A DNA stretch of 60,766 nt, filler included, from Catajapyx aquilonaris (Eukaryota): NCBI GenBank assembly GCA_000934665.2. It is 3 parts of 3 records of this genome, joined end to end, with 100 filler letters (N's around TTAATTAATTAA, not from the genome) between each part and the next. Parts side by side here need not be neighbours in the genome. Positions count along the whole stretch, not along the records: positions 20,279 to 40,451 come from JYFJ02006320.1; positions 40,552 to 60,766 come from JYFJ02006321.1; 1 more part is not named here. One strand, 5' to 3'. Positions 38,850 to 51,700 of the stretch are shown here, in pieces. The position numbers and the translations under genes are program-made. Position 1 is the first letter of the stretch; every line of letters begins with the position of its first letter. The notes under the pieces are model-generated. The model searched no databases, was not told where the DNA came from, and saw nothing but the letters and a program-made list of their open reading frames with translations.

Positions 38850-39740
38850 GGGCTCTCTCACGGGTCCATCCTCTTGGGGAGGTTTACTCACCCGGCCTGC
38901 CCGGGTTCGGTTCCCTGGTGGTGTTGCTCCTGTGGATGTCGGGTGGCTCTCCGCATCTGATGTCCCCTCTGCTCCCTCTGTCGCTACTGGGAGTTGCACG
39001 ATGTGGCGTCGGTTTCTCCGGAAGCTCCCCGTCTTCATCGTCACCTGGTATGATCTGGGCCAACTCGTGCAACTCACTGGGTACAATGCCAATGGTCTCT
39101 TCAGCATGTAGGCTGGCCAATACCTCAATCGCTTGGTATTCTTCTCTTTCGTAACCAAATTCTATCACGAGCACGCCTCCAATCACTCCTCCTCCTCCTC
39201 ATCATTGACTGGGTTGAAAGCCATGAGTTCGACCACCGCTGGTTGCTTCCACCAGCCAGATCGGGCAACCAGACGTTCTCCTGGGGTTGTAGCTCCTCCA
39301 GGGCCCTTGCACGGTGTTTCCTGTTGAAGTCTGCAGCCATCTTCTCTTTGTATCCTTATCCTTTGTATCCTCCTGCATCCTTATCGTTGACCTTGGTTCA
39401 CTCCTTCTGGGGTCAGGTTGGCAGGGAGAAGCGGTCGCAGCCTTCTGCCCATGAGGAGCTGGCTCGGACTCCATCCTAGTGGGCCCGGGGTGGTATTGTA
39501 CACCGGGGCCGCCAGGTATGGGTCTTGGGACTTTTCCCATAGCGCCTTTACTATGTGGACTCCCCTCTCCGCTTCTCCATTGCTCTGCGGGTAGATCGGG
39601 CTTGACGTTGTGGTTTGGAAGTCATAGTATATGGCCAAGTCCTGGAACTCTTTGGACACAAACTGTGTGCCATTGTCCATGCGGATCACCTCAGGTATGC
39701 CGTGAGTGGTGAACATGTTCTTCATTTTGTGGATGACCAT
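38850..39740 (-). mobile_element. Gypsy/Ty3 integrase core and C-terminal fragment
   Basis: FTTHGIPEVIRMDNGTQF, SSPIYPQSNGEAERGV, YNTTP...SPSQLLMGRRLR. Confidence 0.85.
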
Positions 39741-39779
39741 TCATTTATTACAACGATAACAATTACTTTGTGTTCACTA

Positions 39780-40380
39780 TTTTTTATTACCCAAAGGGGC
39801 AGAAGCCCTCTCAGGGAACATACCAAATAATATAATAAATTATAATAAACTATACGATGAAATAAAAATAAATAAATAAGATAAAATAAAAATAATATAA
39901 AATGCATGAACATTATATATTCTGATTGACATTAACAGCAGGCACCAGCAACTTTAAATGTTACTCGTGCTTTTGCAGGCATTAGTGTGTTTTCTGGGAA
40001 TACTTCTTCCCAGGGAAGGAGAAGTGTCTGCAATGTACCCAATACACCCCCATAAGCAGACGGATAGCTCAGATTTAACAAGTAATAAGTACATAGGTGT
40101 TATAGTTCTCACTGTGGGTGGGGCTCCAAGTAAGTGAAGACACAGGGACTGAGCTCTGAATACAGTGGCCGTCTGGGTAGGACTGCTGCTCGCTGGCAGC
40201 CAGGGTTGGTGTAGTGGGCAAGGCATGACCATACTATGGTCGGATTGGTGGGTGGGGGTCTACGGGGAAAACCCTCGAGCCTTGTACAATGGGTGACAAA
40301 TGTATTGGCCGGGGTTGATGGGTAGATAGCGCCGTCCATCGGCATGCGGCAAGAGGAGGAACTGACATGCTGGTGACGAT
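39780..40380 (-). mobile_element. Degenerate I-group LINE 3' end
   Basis: Remnant of the TRLRIGH-like motif and C-terminal ...CIGYI, then AT-rich 3' UTR. Confidence 0.45.
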
Positions 40381-40451
40381 CAAGTTACGAACTCCTGCCG
40401 CTATTAGAGGCGCGTCGGTCGGGAGCCGAGACTGGGAGGGAGGGGGGCGGG

Positions 40452-40551
40452 NNNNNNNNNNNNNNNNNNNNNNNNNNNNNNNNNNNNNNNNNNNNTTAAT
40501 TAATTAANNNNNNNNNNNNNNNNNNNNNNNNNNNNNNNNNNNNNNNNNNNN
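40452..40551. other. Artificial contig spacer
   Basis: 44 N + TTAATTAATTAA + 44 N. Confidence 0.97.
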
Positions 40552-41408
40552 CGGGAGTGATTTTGATGTTACAACATCCTTGACGGGTTGACCGGCTTTC
40601 TTGTCATCAGTACTGGCGGTCCCGGTCAGCGTCAGGCTGTTATTTGCATCTACTTGACTGCCAGGGATGGAAGTTGTTGATAGGTGAAAATCTTGCCTTT
40701 TCATGCCACTGTGCTGGCCATGTTGCCTTCAAATGGAAAAAAAAGTTTTAGAATCCTGCCTCAGGAGAATATCTCCCATGCAGACTATTATCAAATGTGA
40801 AAGCAAGGGTACAATAATTTCAACAGGCACCCATGAAAAACTTTTTCCTGATAATTATATTTGGATGGTTTCTATACGTAGCCTTTTATAACCTCCACCA
40901 CTACACGACAAAAGCCGTGTCAACAAAATTAATGCAATACGTGAGAATGGGAGGCGTATATCTCTGAAGTGTAATAATTTCGACACCACTCATGCAGCTT
41001 CTGGCACTGGCAAAACCTTTATCAATGTGCACAAAGTGATGAATTTGTTATATGAGGTCTAGATACATTTTCATAAAAGTTGCACTCGAGCAAAACTAAT
41101 ATCTATCACAGAGAGCTGAAACAGAATTTCCCTTACTCTTCCTGCTCCACTTTCTGTATGTCACGATCTTCAGTCATTCCTAGCTTCTCATAATGGGGCT
41201 CCATGATTGACGCAACTGAAGTTGAGCGTGACCTGTACCTGGGAGCACCACGCTGTGGGGGATTCAAATCACCCAGAGACTGACTTCTCCTTAACGGTGA
41301 AATGTTGACTTCTGTTTTTCAAAAAAAACAACAGGATTAGTTTTAGTGTGCGTCTGTGCTTCATCATAGCTGACATAAAGGACACATTATAATTATATTC
41401 GGACCTTT

Positions 41409-41600
41409 CCCGGGTTCGATCCCAACCCGGGGACAGCCCCCTTCATCTCGTGCAGAGTTCATGAGTCGTCTCCGACTTCGTCTCGGGTGGAATTTCCTTA
41501 GACTAATCCACCCGGGGGAGCTCACAAAACGACCACATTTCAGACAAGGCACTGCACTTGCATATCCCCTCCTGTCATCCTGTCCGTGGGCCCGGGCGCT
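41409..41600 (+). mobile_element. 5'-truncated tRNA-derived SINE (same family as 60270-60512)
   Basis: Starts at B box GGTTCGATCC; body matches the reverse complement of 60270-60463. Confidence 0.75.
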
Positions 41601-41949
41601 TCAATAATAGGATTCCCAAAGTTGTACCAACGTTAAAATAAAGGTCTGGCTGAAAACCCCTAGGGGTACGCCTATCACCCAATTATTATATTATTTTGTA
41701 AAAAAATATTCGGACCTTTTAACATGACCACAACTGACCCTAGACATTAATACAACATAACAAGCGAGTCTGAAGAGGAACAAGCACTTGTAGCTTTGCA
41801 ACAAAACTCCGAAAACTGGGATAATGATATACGGTAGGCCTACCGGTAATTTTGATAAGAATAAATCGGAAGCAAGTTCGGAAGTACAAAGGCATGGTCG
41901 CTGGCGCACTGCGGTCATGTAATATTAAACCTATTGAGGGCTAAGTTTC

Positions 41950-42001
<52 letters not shown>

Positions 42002-42002
42002 G
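41950..42002 (+). repeat. (TTG)n microsatellite
   Basis: About 17 perfect units. Confidence 0.95.
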
Positions 42003-42324
42003 ACTTTTTCTCTCTCTCTCATTTTTGTCCAAAATTCGATGTAGGAGTGATAATAATGAATAACAACTTCGCGCCAAAACTAATCATTTTAATTCGTGGT
42101 GGTCCTTTTGAATGTAAAATGCAGGAAAAGATACATCTACAAGGTGTTCCAGAATTATTATTTTTTAGAATCGTCCGGGTCTCAGAACGTCGGTTGGGTT
42201 AACAAGTTTACATAATCGCTATACACTGTTATTATGGTTGAATAATATTACCACAACACTGTACCATGAGAAACTCCCAAGGGTCCAGACCATGGTCTTA
42301 TAATACTAAGGTCTGGTCACTACC

Positions 42325-42635
42325 TCTTATCGCCTGCCGGGGCGTTTTACAAGAGGTTCTCACTTGAGAGCGCCATGAGACAGCTTTTCACTGTTACATT
42401 ATGTGGCGACCCTGCCGGACCGCGCTGAACGTAGGTAGAAGAGAAGCCGCTACATGCGGGCCCAACATGGCCGCCGGCGACCATGTTGGGTCCCCAATGT
42501 AGCGCTTCCCTTTTGTACCTATAAAGTTCAGCGCGGTCCGGTAGGGTCGCCACATAATGTAGTAGTGAAAAGCTAGCTGTCTCATGGCGCTCTCAAGTGA
42601 GCGCCTCATGCAAAAAGCCCCGGCAGGCGATAAGA
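42325..42635. mobile_element. Foldback element / ~310-bp imperfect palindrome
   Basis: tcttatcgcctgccgggg...ccccggcaggcgataaga; arms complementary to the centre near 42475. Confidence 0.85.
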
Positions 42636-43392
42636 TGAGATTATAGGGGTAGTGTCCGGGGGTAGGTCCAGACTTTACGGGCCACCCTGTACGCAGGGCG
42701 TTTGTTTACATAAAAGATGACGCGGCAGCCGCGTGACCTTGGCATGTTCGACTCAGCTTGGCTCCCGCCCAGTGGATTGTGGGAGTTTCATGGTAGTTTA
42801 GTCACCATCCAAGAGATGGCAGGAGTATAATTATTGAACCGAATTTTGACCGCCAAAGTTCGACTTCACACTTCACTTTTTAGCGCGTGAAATTCAGACT
42901 TCCGCAGATCAACGTCGCCCCCAACAGGTTAAGGCTCAAAAGTGCTATAGATTAAAATAGAAGAATACATTTTAAAATTTTCATTCATACTGTTACATGA
43001 CTCAAAAATCCCCCTATTTTTACGGTACTGTATGCAGAAGTCATTGGTCTATTGGGAAGAGTTGCTCTCCCTAGTACTTGTTGATCTTGTTAATCCCAAG
43101 TGTATTTTGTCCACTATGGTCCTACGTCACCTATGATTTTTGTGATAATTTCTCTACATTTATATTTTTCTGTCGCTTTGTAATTGAATGGGCATAGTTT
43201 GTAGTTTTTTCCTATCAATAAAACTAATTGACATGCTTTTTATTGTAGTATTGTTTCTTCCACCCCGCCTGAGGATACCTAATTTTTGCAATAAATCGCA
43301 TATTTATTGCACAGGGGGACCCTAAAGTCAGAACACAAGTAGGCTTTATGTATTCAGTGTATTGTTGATTGACAACAAATTATTGGTAACCT

Positions 43393-43742
43393 GCGGGGAG
43401 GTGCGGTGGCCGAGATGGTAACGTCTCAGCTTGCTGAGTGAAAGGTCCCAGGTTCGATCCTCGTCTGGGATTTCCCTTTCACCTGCGTCGGGAGGGTCCC
43501 TGACCTGCACCAAGGAGGTGTCTGGCAACCTAACCTCCTGGGGAACAGCACATGACCCATTTGTCGGTCGGTATTGCACTTGCACCTACGTTCCCTCCCC
43601 AAAAATCCCTCTCCTTACCAATTGTCCTTGACTTTCCTGCACCGAAGTTTGAAGAAATGGAACATTCTCAGGAAATCCAAATTGTGGTAATCCACCCCCC
43701 TAAAAGGGCTCAGCCCCCTCTAATGGGGTAAAGAAAAAAAAA
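43393..43742 (+). mobile_element. Full-length tRNA-derived SINE with A-tail and TSD
   Basis: A box TGGCCGAGATGG, B box GGTTCGATCC, tail AAAGAAAAAAAAA; TGGTAACCT(GC) duplicated at 43384 and 43743. Confidence 0.85.
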
Positions 43743-44629
43743 TGGTAACCTGCCAACCAACAATTTACAAAACAATCTTAATCTATAAATGAGGAGATTT
43801 GTTTGTGTGTGGATTCGCTATAGAAATGCAGGGGAAGGCCCCTACACCGCCTTAAACTAGCTCATCGGGGGTTACTTTTTTCGAGGAATTTAATGGCGCA
43901 TGCTTCAGCTTCCGAAAATGAACCGAACTCCCACAACACCTATACCTCCTCTTCATGCACATTATCCGACAACAATATATATCATACTTTTTGTTTGGAG
44001 GCATATCCATAGGTGCATTCTCGACGATATCGAGTGTACGCTTTCTATTTATCGATCAAATGCCTCCAAATGAGGAGGTCATTTTCAAAACCAAGCTAGA
44101 TTCGTGATAAACAAATTTTCAGGAAGCAGCATTTTCTTAAATCACAGGTTTTATCAAGATATTGGTTGAAATGAGATGTGGATATTGTTCCCATAAATTA
44201 ATAAGCGTTACAAGTTTGGACAATTTCCTGGTACAGTGTTGGACATAAATCGAGGCATATTGCTGGCGACATTTTCCGAAGCGGCAGAAGAAATCGAAGA
44301 TAAGGATATTGCAAGCCGGGCGAGCAAGATGGCTCGATTTATGTCCAACACTGTACCAACGGCCAATGAACTAAAAGGCAGCATGACACAGACAGTCAAT
44401 GCCAGTCCCACCTAGCCAGACAAGCTGCACAGAAGCAACAACACAACAATGACTTTCCATTTCTACATCCTGAGAAGCAAGTTGTGTCGAACAATATAGA
44501 CACCCGACTTTACAACATGTGCAACAGCTTTGGCTATGGAATCATCAAGAATTGCTGCATTGATATTGAAGGGTATGGTGCCAGAAGCCTGGGGTAAGTC
44601 AATTGTTAATCGACGTTCATTTAGGTATA

Positions 44630-44748
44630 TAGTCTGGTGACCCGGGGTAGCTTGCCCCCTGGGGTAACTGGTTGTTTACTGCTATCCTTTTACATATGCT
44701 GCCATGGTGATTGCCCCTGGGATAGCTTACCCGGGGTCATCAGACTAG
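44630..44748. mobile_element. Small palindromic MITE
   Basis: tagtctggtgacccggggtagc ... gcttacccggggtcatcagacta. Confidence 0.6.
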
Positions 44749-45436
44749 GGGCCTTAATGGATAGACTAGATTAGAGATCCTTGAAGAAGGCTCTCTGCCT
44801 GATCGTTTAGTACAAGAATGGGAATGATCGGCCTGTGCAGGGTGACACCCTTCTGCCCTTCACAGGTAATGACAAACGAAAGTTCTTCAGGGCAAACATA
44901 TGGAATCAGGTGGGGGTGTGAGGTGGGTTTGGGGGGGGGGGGGGNGTGAAGGGGTCAAAAATTCTGGGGGAAAAACACCTGGCTGATGTGCAGTCTTTTC
45001 CTGGGCCAACTCGATCCGCATTCCTCTTTTTACACATCCAATCAACATATCTGCGTCGACTATGCTATAACCGAAGCAGGCAATAAGTGACAAACTTTGC
45101 CTTATTGAAACTTATAAGCCCTATTTTAGGGCATATCGAGTTTCGAGTGTATGGAACTCAAATTTTACAAACAAACAAACTTCCTATAATATACTGTATA
45201 CGTACGTACCCCTACCTTTACCAGCACCCCCAACATACCCTGGCAACGCCAGGTAACCTGCTAGTTGTAAATACTTGAGGGTCACCCTGTAGCTGCAGTA
45301 AGTGCATTAAATGGGTGATAACTCGATAAGTACGGTACTGTCTTATCGATTACATACATTAGCTCATGCATTAGCTGCACAAAGAAATCGACAAACAATG
45401 GGGGATTCATATTTATCGATACTCAGTATTGGCAAG

Positions 45437-46296
45437 TGACACAAAAGTATCAATAGAGTAAATAATTAAGGTCTCTATGTTTTGTCTCACCCATTAGCGT
45501 CCCAGGCAGTGGTGCCCGTAACGGAAGTCCGACCTCACTCATGCTGGTACGGAGTAAATCTTCGTAATCTTCCTCCATTTTACCACAGGCCATGATGGCT
45601 TCTGTCACAAACAACCTCACTATGTTTTGTCGCTTGACAACGGCAATATTGTTGCCTGCAAGAAGCCAATGCTCGACAGATACTATTGATGTTTGTTGTA
45701 ACTCGTAAGTGTACTGTATGTGTCAATCCTGGTATACCTATTGTTAAAGCTCAAAGAGTGCAATCCCCTGCTGTACTTAAAAGAAGGTATTTGCATCGTT
45801 CTGAGACTGATTAACTCTTGTCTACCAGTGACTGATTAAAAGGTATACACAGCCTCTTTCAGAGCAATCTTTGTGATGTTTCATGTGGCAGTTGGTCAAC
45901 TGTAGTTTGACATATAATTAATTTTGTTGCATTGTGTGAGCATAAACCATGAACTGATAACCTTTTTGCTTGCTTTTGTCAGACAACAGTGCATGCGACC
46001 CCCAGACAGCCGCAATGGAAGATGCATTCCTAAATTGTGGTTCTGTGACTTTGACAACGACTGTGGAGATGACTCTGATGAGCCAGCCCATATCTGTCGG
46101 CTGCATCGCAACTGCACCTTGGGATGGCAGCGTTGGTCCTGGGTGGCCCAACTACCATTACATCCCCAAGTGGCTCTGTGATGGCAAGGATGACTGCAGG
46201 GATGGCAGTGATAAGTTGGCAGAGAACTGCCCCAAATGCCACGACACACGCGACTTCACTTGCAAGAACAACCGTTGCATACCCAGGCAATGTTTG
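45437..46296 (+). repeat. Copy 1 of ~860-bp direct duplication (includes a megalin exon piece)
   Basis: Near-identical to 55172-56048, with about a dozen substitutions or indels. Confidence 0.92.
45982..46296 (+). pseudogene. LRP2: Megalin/LRP2 LDLa-repeat exon fragment, frameshifted and cut by LTR insertion
   Basis: [60 protein letters not shown]. Confidence 0.75.
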
Positions 46297-46908
46297 TGTG
46301 ACCGTACCAGTTGGAGGCATCGAACTATACAGACTCTAATAGTGCTCTGCTTGTCATGATGTTCCTAGAACCGTATGTTGCATCAGCCCTCTCTCCACTC
46401 CCATCAACCAGTGGGGTACCAGTGGTATATAAACCAGCCCCACTTTCCCCTCGAGGTCCTCGACACTCGACTCATCAGCTCCACATTGGAAGAAGAAGAA
46501 GAAGAGAGAAGCTCGGATCCTCCGAAGTCGCGTGTACCTCCCGCCCCTTGCCTACATACCCGCCCAAGGGGCTCCACCCCCCCCCCCCCCCCCCCCCCCC
46601 CNACCCGGCAGAACCAACCCACTCCCCCCCCCTCTTCCCCTCAGGGGATTGCGGGCCAGAGCAACCTCCCCCCTACCCGCCGCCGGGTACATGCACTAAC
46701 CAGAGCATACCCACATCCTACTCACCCAAGCAATAACACCTAGCCTTCAACCAGTCCTATAGCATAACACAACCGAAACCCCCACAACCTCCCGCCACTG
46801 GTAATGCGAAAACCAGGGTTACCATCCACTTACCAGGGGCGCCTGCGGGGGGGACCTGAGACGCGGGAACCACACCGCTGGTAACTACCAGCTGAACCGG
46901 CGACCACA

Positions 46909-48702
46909 ATGGAGGAGGGGAGGAAGGGCGTGACCATAACCATGGGAGGAGAAGAAGACAGCACCGGGGGGAGACTCAGCACAGACGGCGATTCAACCGC
47001 GGAAGTAGACGACGCGCCTCAAGACAGCGACCACATGGAAGACGCCCCACGTACCTCCAAGAGGGGCAGACATTCTTCAGAAAGCGTCGCGCAACTCGGG
47101 ACCGCAGAAGAACATGGAAAAGACTCCTATCAGCGGGTGGGGAAGAAGAAATGCAACGCTCCACCCACCCCCCCGAGGATCCCGGAAGGGGACACGGGGG
47201 AGGGAGTGAACGGGGATGACCCGCACGCCACACCAGCCTCTACGCATGAGGGCCAACAAACGCAGCAGAACGGGCTGAGCAGGATGGGGGCGACCTCAGC
47301 GAAAGGGGGAGATGACAGGAACGGGACCGCCGTGCTCCTCACCCCAAGAGAACAGAGCAGGGGATACGGAAGCTGCAACCCTAACGCCCTGCTACAACAC
47401 CTGTTGACATTCGGGGTGCGGCCACTCGACATGAATGCCCTGAAGTCTGGGGCTCTCAGGATCCGGGTGGCAAACATAGAGGAGGCAACAAAACTACTCT
47501 CAGCCCCGGAAGTGCACGGGATACCCTGCGCGGCCAGAATCATGGAGGAGTCCAGGACCTACAAGGGAGTCATAACGGTCCCTGAGGTCTACACAGAGGA
47601 AGCGATCCTAGACGCTCTAAGGGACATCGGGGCGGTCAGGGCACACCGCATCGTACATAGGGCGGGAGGAAGGGAGTACCCCCAAAGAAGGGTCATAGTG
47701 ACATCTCGACAGCCGTTGCCGACCCAGGTCAACTTCGGCCTACGCATCCTCAGGATCACACCATTTGTCGCCCCCCCGCTGCAGTGCTGGAGGTGTCAGG
47801 GATACAACCACGTGGCAAAGCACTGCGCCAACCGCCCCCGATGCCGCATATGCGCCGGGGACCACAAAACAGCAACATGTCAAGCGGAGGAGCAGAAATG
47901 CGCCAACTGTGGTGGGCAACACGTCTCCACCAGCCGCACATGCCCCAGGTTCCTGGTGGCACAAGAAACCAGGCGACTGATTGCGGAAGGCGGAACCAGT
48001 AGGAAACAGGCAACAAAAACAGCCAAGGCCACCTACAGGGACATGCTCATAGGTCGACCCCCAATGCAAGCAGCTGCTACGGTGTCAAGCCCATCGGAAG
48101 CCGAACAAGGGACGACTGGCCAACCAGACAACCCCACACCTGACGTCACCACCTCCAACCCTGGCGACCCCACCCTCGCAGACACCTCAGCAGACCCAGG
48201 CACCCTCGACCCAAACCCGACCTTGCCCGAGACTTACCCCTCGAATGGGGCGAAAAAGGGAGCGAAGACGAGGACGAGGACGGGGGCAGACAACGTGCAG
48301 GAACACAGACCAGGGAGGTCGCTGAGTCGGCGGCGGGGGAACAAAGGGCCCAGACAGCCCCCACCACGGGCGAGAGAGACCAGCCAGGCGCGAGGCAAGG
48401 ACACGAGCTGTAATCGAGGAGGCGACAGGAACGCCGCAACACGGAACAAGGCCGGAAGAGCAGCACTGGTAACGCCGGAACAGGAGCGCCCTACAGCGAC
48501 GGAAGTCACCCTCACCAGGGAATTAACATTGCGCATAGTCACCGCAGTGGTGATGGTGATGGTGGAGGAAGGGGCGACACTACCACAACTCACCAGGATA
48601 ACTGACCTCCTGCGCTCCATACTGCCAAACGAACAATTACTGCCGGATGCAGACACCATCACGGCAGCGATGACCAGTACGATAGAAGAGATGCGGAACT
48701 AG
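46909..48702 (+). CDS. LINE ORF1, gag-like nucleic-acid-binding protein
   Basis: 597 aa; three zinc knuckles CWRCQGYNHVAKHC, CRICAGDH....C, CANCGGQH......C. Confidence 0.9.
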   Translation: MEEGRKGVTITMGGEEDSTGGRLSTDGDSTAEVDDAPQDSDHMEDAPRTSKRGRHSSESVAQLGTAEEHGKDSYQRVGKKKCNAPPTPPRIPEGDTGEGVNGDDPHATPASTHEGQQTQQNGLSRMGATSAKGGDDRNGTAVLLTPREQSRGYGSCNPNALLQHLLTFGVRPLDMNALKSGALRIRVANIEEATKLLSAPEVHGIPCAARIMEESRTYKGVITVPEVYTEEAILDALRDIGAVRAHRIVHRAGGREYPQRRVIVTSRQPLPTQVNFGLRILRITPFVAPPLQCWRCQGYNHVAKHCANRPRCRICAGDHKTATCQAEEQKCANCGGQHVSTSRTCPRFLVAQETRRLIAEGGTSRKQATKTAKATYRDMLIGRPPMQAAATVSSPSEAEQGTTGQPDNPTPDVTTSNPGDPTLADTSADPGTLDPNPTLPETYPSNGAKKGAKTRTRTGADNVQEHRPGRSLSRRRGNKGPRQPPPRARETSQARGKDTSCNRGGDRNAATRNKAGRAALVTPEQERPTATEVTLTRELTLRIVTAVVMVMVEEGATLPQLTRITDLLRSILPNEQLLPDADTITAAMTSTIEEMRN

Positions 48703-51700
48703 TATGCTGGAACGCGCGGGGCCTGCAGCCAAAAACACCGGCACTACTCAAGCACATAGAAGACAACTTCGCAAGGCCCCCAATCCTAGTAATCACCGAG
48801 ACATGGGAAGGGAAACGACCGATCCGGATCACAGGATACCGGAGCTACAGCACACCACGCACGGACGGCAGGAGGGGCGGAGGAGTCGCCATCTACATCC
48901 CTCAACACCCCTACTTCATACCCAGCAGCGAGGTCCCATTATCACCCAGTCAAGGGTCACTGGAGGCGGTGGCGTGCACCACCAAGCTCCAAGGCCGCCG
49001 AGTCACAATAATAGGATGCTACAACCCCCCGGTCACAAACCTAGACAGGGAGGTTATTACAAACATCCTGGACCAATGCCAAATCCAGCAGGCGAGCAAC
49101 CAGGCCATAGTGTGCGGGGATTTCAACGCACATGGGCAACTGTGGGGCGGGTCCAACACCATACAGGACACCTCCGGCAGTGTATTGGAAGAAACGCTCA
49201 GGGCATTCGACCTAGTAGTGCTAAACGACGGAAGCCCCACCTACCACCGGGTGAACCCCCCGGCAACCTCCAGTCTGGACGTCACGGCAACCAGCAAGGA
49301 GATGTCACTCCACTACACATGGGAGGTCGGCTTACAACAGTGGGGGAGCGACCACTTCCCAACGTTCCTCATACCCACCCGACCCACGAAGGACGGAAGA
49401 GGTGAACCACAACGGAAGTACCACATACACTGGAAGGAATTCCGCCAGGAAGTCGGAGCCCTAAGACGCCTAGGCGAGACGGACCTGCGTGCGGCGGCGG
49501 ACACTTTCACACAGGTCATCACGGGAGCGGCGGCAAGGGCTAAAACGGAGCTCAAAACACCAAAGAAGTACACAGCCACAGCCTGGTGGAACGCAGCCTG
49601 TGCGACTGCTATGGCGAAAGAGGAGGCAGCAAGAAGGGCGTCCCGGCGACACCCAGATAACGTAACGCTACACATTCTAAGCAAAAGGGAAGTGGCTCAC
49701 TGCAGGAGGACCCTCCTGAGGACAAAGAGGGCATGCTAGAACCGATTCTGCATGGGCATAGGACAGAACACGCCCATGGCACAAGTATGGAACTTTGCCA
49801 GGAGGATGACTGGGGAGGGAAGCCGCGAGAGCCCTGGTGGGCATTTGCCCTCGCTCACTGCGAAGGGGACCGGGCCAGGACAGCGCGGGAGCTACTAGCG
49901 GCCATGTTTCCTCCAGTCACGGAAAAGCTACCACAGCTCGCAGAGGAGGAAGAGGGGACCCTCATGGCAGCCCACACAAGGGACGGAGGGCCTCTAGATG
50001 ACGACATAACCCTGCCAGAGGTACAAGCGGCGCTCAGGAGTACCAGGGACTCGGCGCCGGGCCCGGACGGCATAACCAACAAAATGCTGCGGGCGCTGCC
50101 TCTAGGGGCACTAATGGCACTGCTGGACCTGTACAACGCAAGCCTCAGGGAAGGAGATATACCGGATGCGTGGAAAATAGCTAGAGTAGCACCCGTCCCT
50201 AAACCGGGAAGGGCCCCCTCGGAACCAACATCCTACCGACCCATCTGCCTTCTGTCCTGTGTGGTCAAGACAATGGAAAAGATACTGGCAAACCGGCTCA
50301 CCTGGCACCTGGAGAAAGGGGGACACCTCCACAAGTCGCAGGCAGGATTCCGCAGAGGACGGAGCACACAGGACAATCTCCTAGTGCTCACTGACGCCAT
50401 AAGCACCAAGCTGGCCCAGAGGAGGGGGGTCGTACTGGCGGTGTTCTTCGACATCAAAGGGGCCTTCGACGGAGTGTGGCACAAGGGACTGCTCTTCAAA
50501 CTGGCGAGAGCTGGAATCACTGGCAGACTCCACAAGTGGATTACGGAATACCTTGTGCGAAGAGGGTACTACGTACAGCTAGGCAGCGACAAGACTGACG
50601 TCCTCAGGTCGGGTGGTCGTGGAGTGCCCCAGGGGAGCGCCCTATCACCTACACTCTTCAACGTCATGATGGCGGACCTACCCACCGAACTACAGGAGCG
50701 GAAGGGGATCGGCATATCGATCTTCGCGGACGACATTGCCATATGGTACAGTGGACCCAACAACAGGCAGGCCTGCCTCAAGAAAATAGGCTGGGCAGTG
50801 GCACAGGTGAAGAAATGGGCGGACAGATGGGGTTTCCAGCTGGCGCCCGACAAATGCAAGCTATTACCCTTCACCCGAAGACCGCCTCCACCAGGTGGCT
50901 GGGTGGTCCGGATCGACGGGCAAGACATCCCCGTCAGACGAGAGGTCAGGTTCCTGGGAATCACTCTGGACGCCCACCTCACCTGGCAACGGCATGTAGC
51001 GGACCTGAGGAGGAAGGCATCGGCCAGGCTCAACCTGCTCCGGAGTGTAGGCGGCCAGATGTGGGGAGCATCCAGAGCGGCGCGGCTGAGACTCCACCGA
51101 GCAGTACTCCGCCCCCACCTGGAGTATTGTGCTCCTGTCTTGATGGCGATGGCGCCGAGCCTCAGACAGGGTCTAGAAAGGGTACAACGAGCCGCCCTAC
51201 GTTCCTGTCTAGGGGCAACACTCAGGACGCCTAGCAACGCGCTGTACGTGGAGGCATATGAACCCCCCTTGCTACTCAGGTGGGCATATCTAGCTCGGTG
51301 CTACGGAGGCAGGCTGCAGCACGCACCAGAGGCCGACCATCCCGCCTGGGTAGCTATTGTGTCAGCCAAACCACCACGGCGAGGAAGGAAGGAATCCCCA
51401 GCATGGCTCCTACACAAAGCCCTGGACGGGCTGAGCAACCTCGGCCCTGACCCAAGCCCCCTCACAACCCCACCACACCTCGCAGCCTCTCTGGCCCCCC
51501 CATGGCGCACACCAGCACCTGACTGCTTCCCGGCCCTCATCCAGAAAGTACACAAAACCAGCACCCACCCCCACACACTCCGCACGGCCACCCTAATAAC
51601 ACTGGACGACCGACACCAAGGCCGGCTGAGGATATGGACGGACGGGTCCAAAAACGCAGCACGGGGGAGGACGGCGGCCGCTTTCGTGGTCCCGTCCGAA

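Noticed and set aside
40985..41062. P-loop-like ASGTGKT
   Set aside because: Short, bounded by stops, no further NTPase motifs seen.
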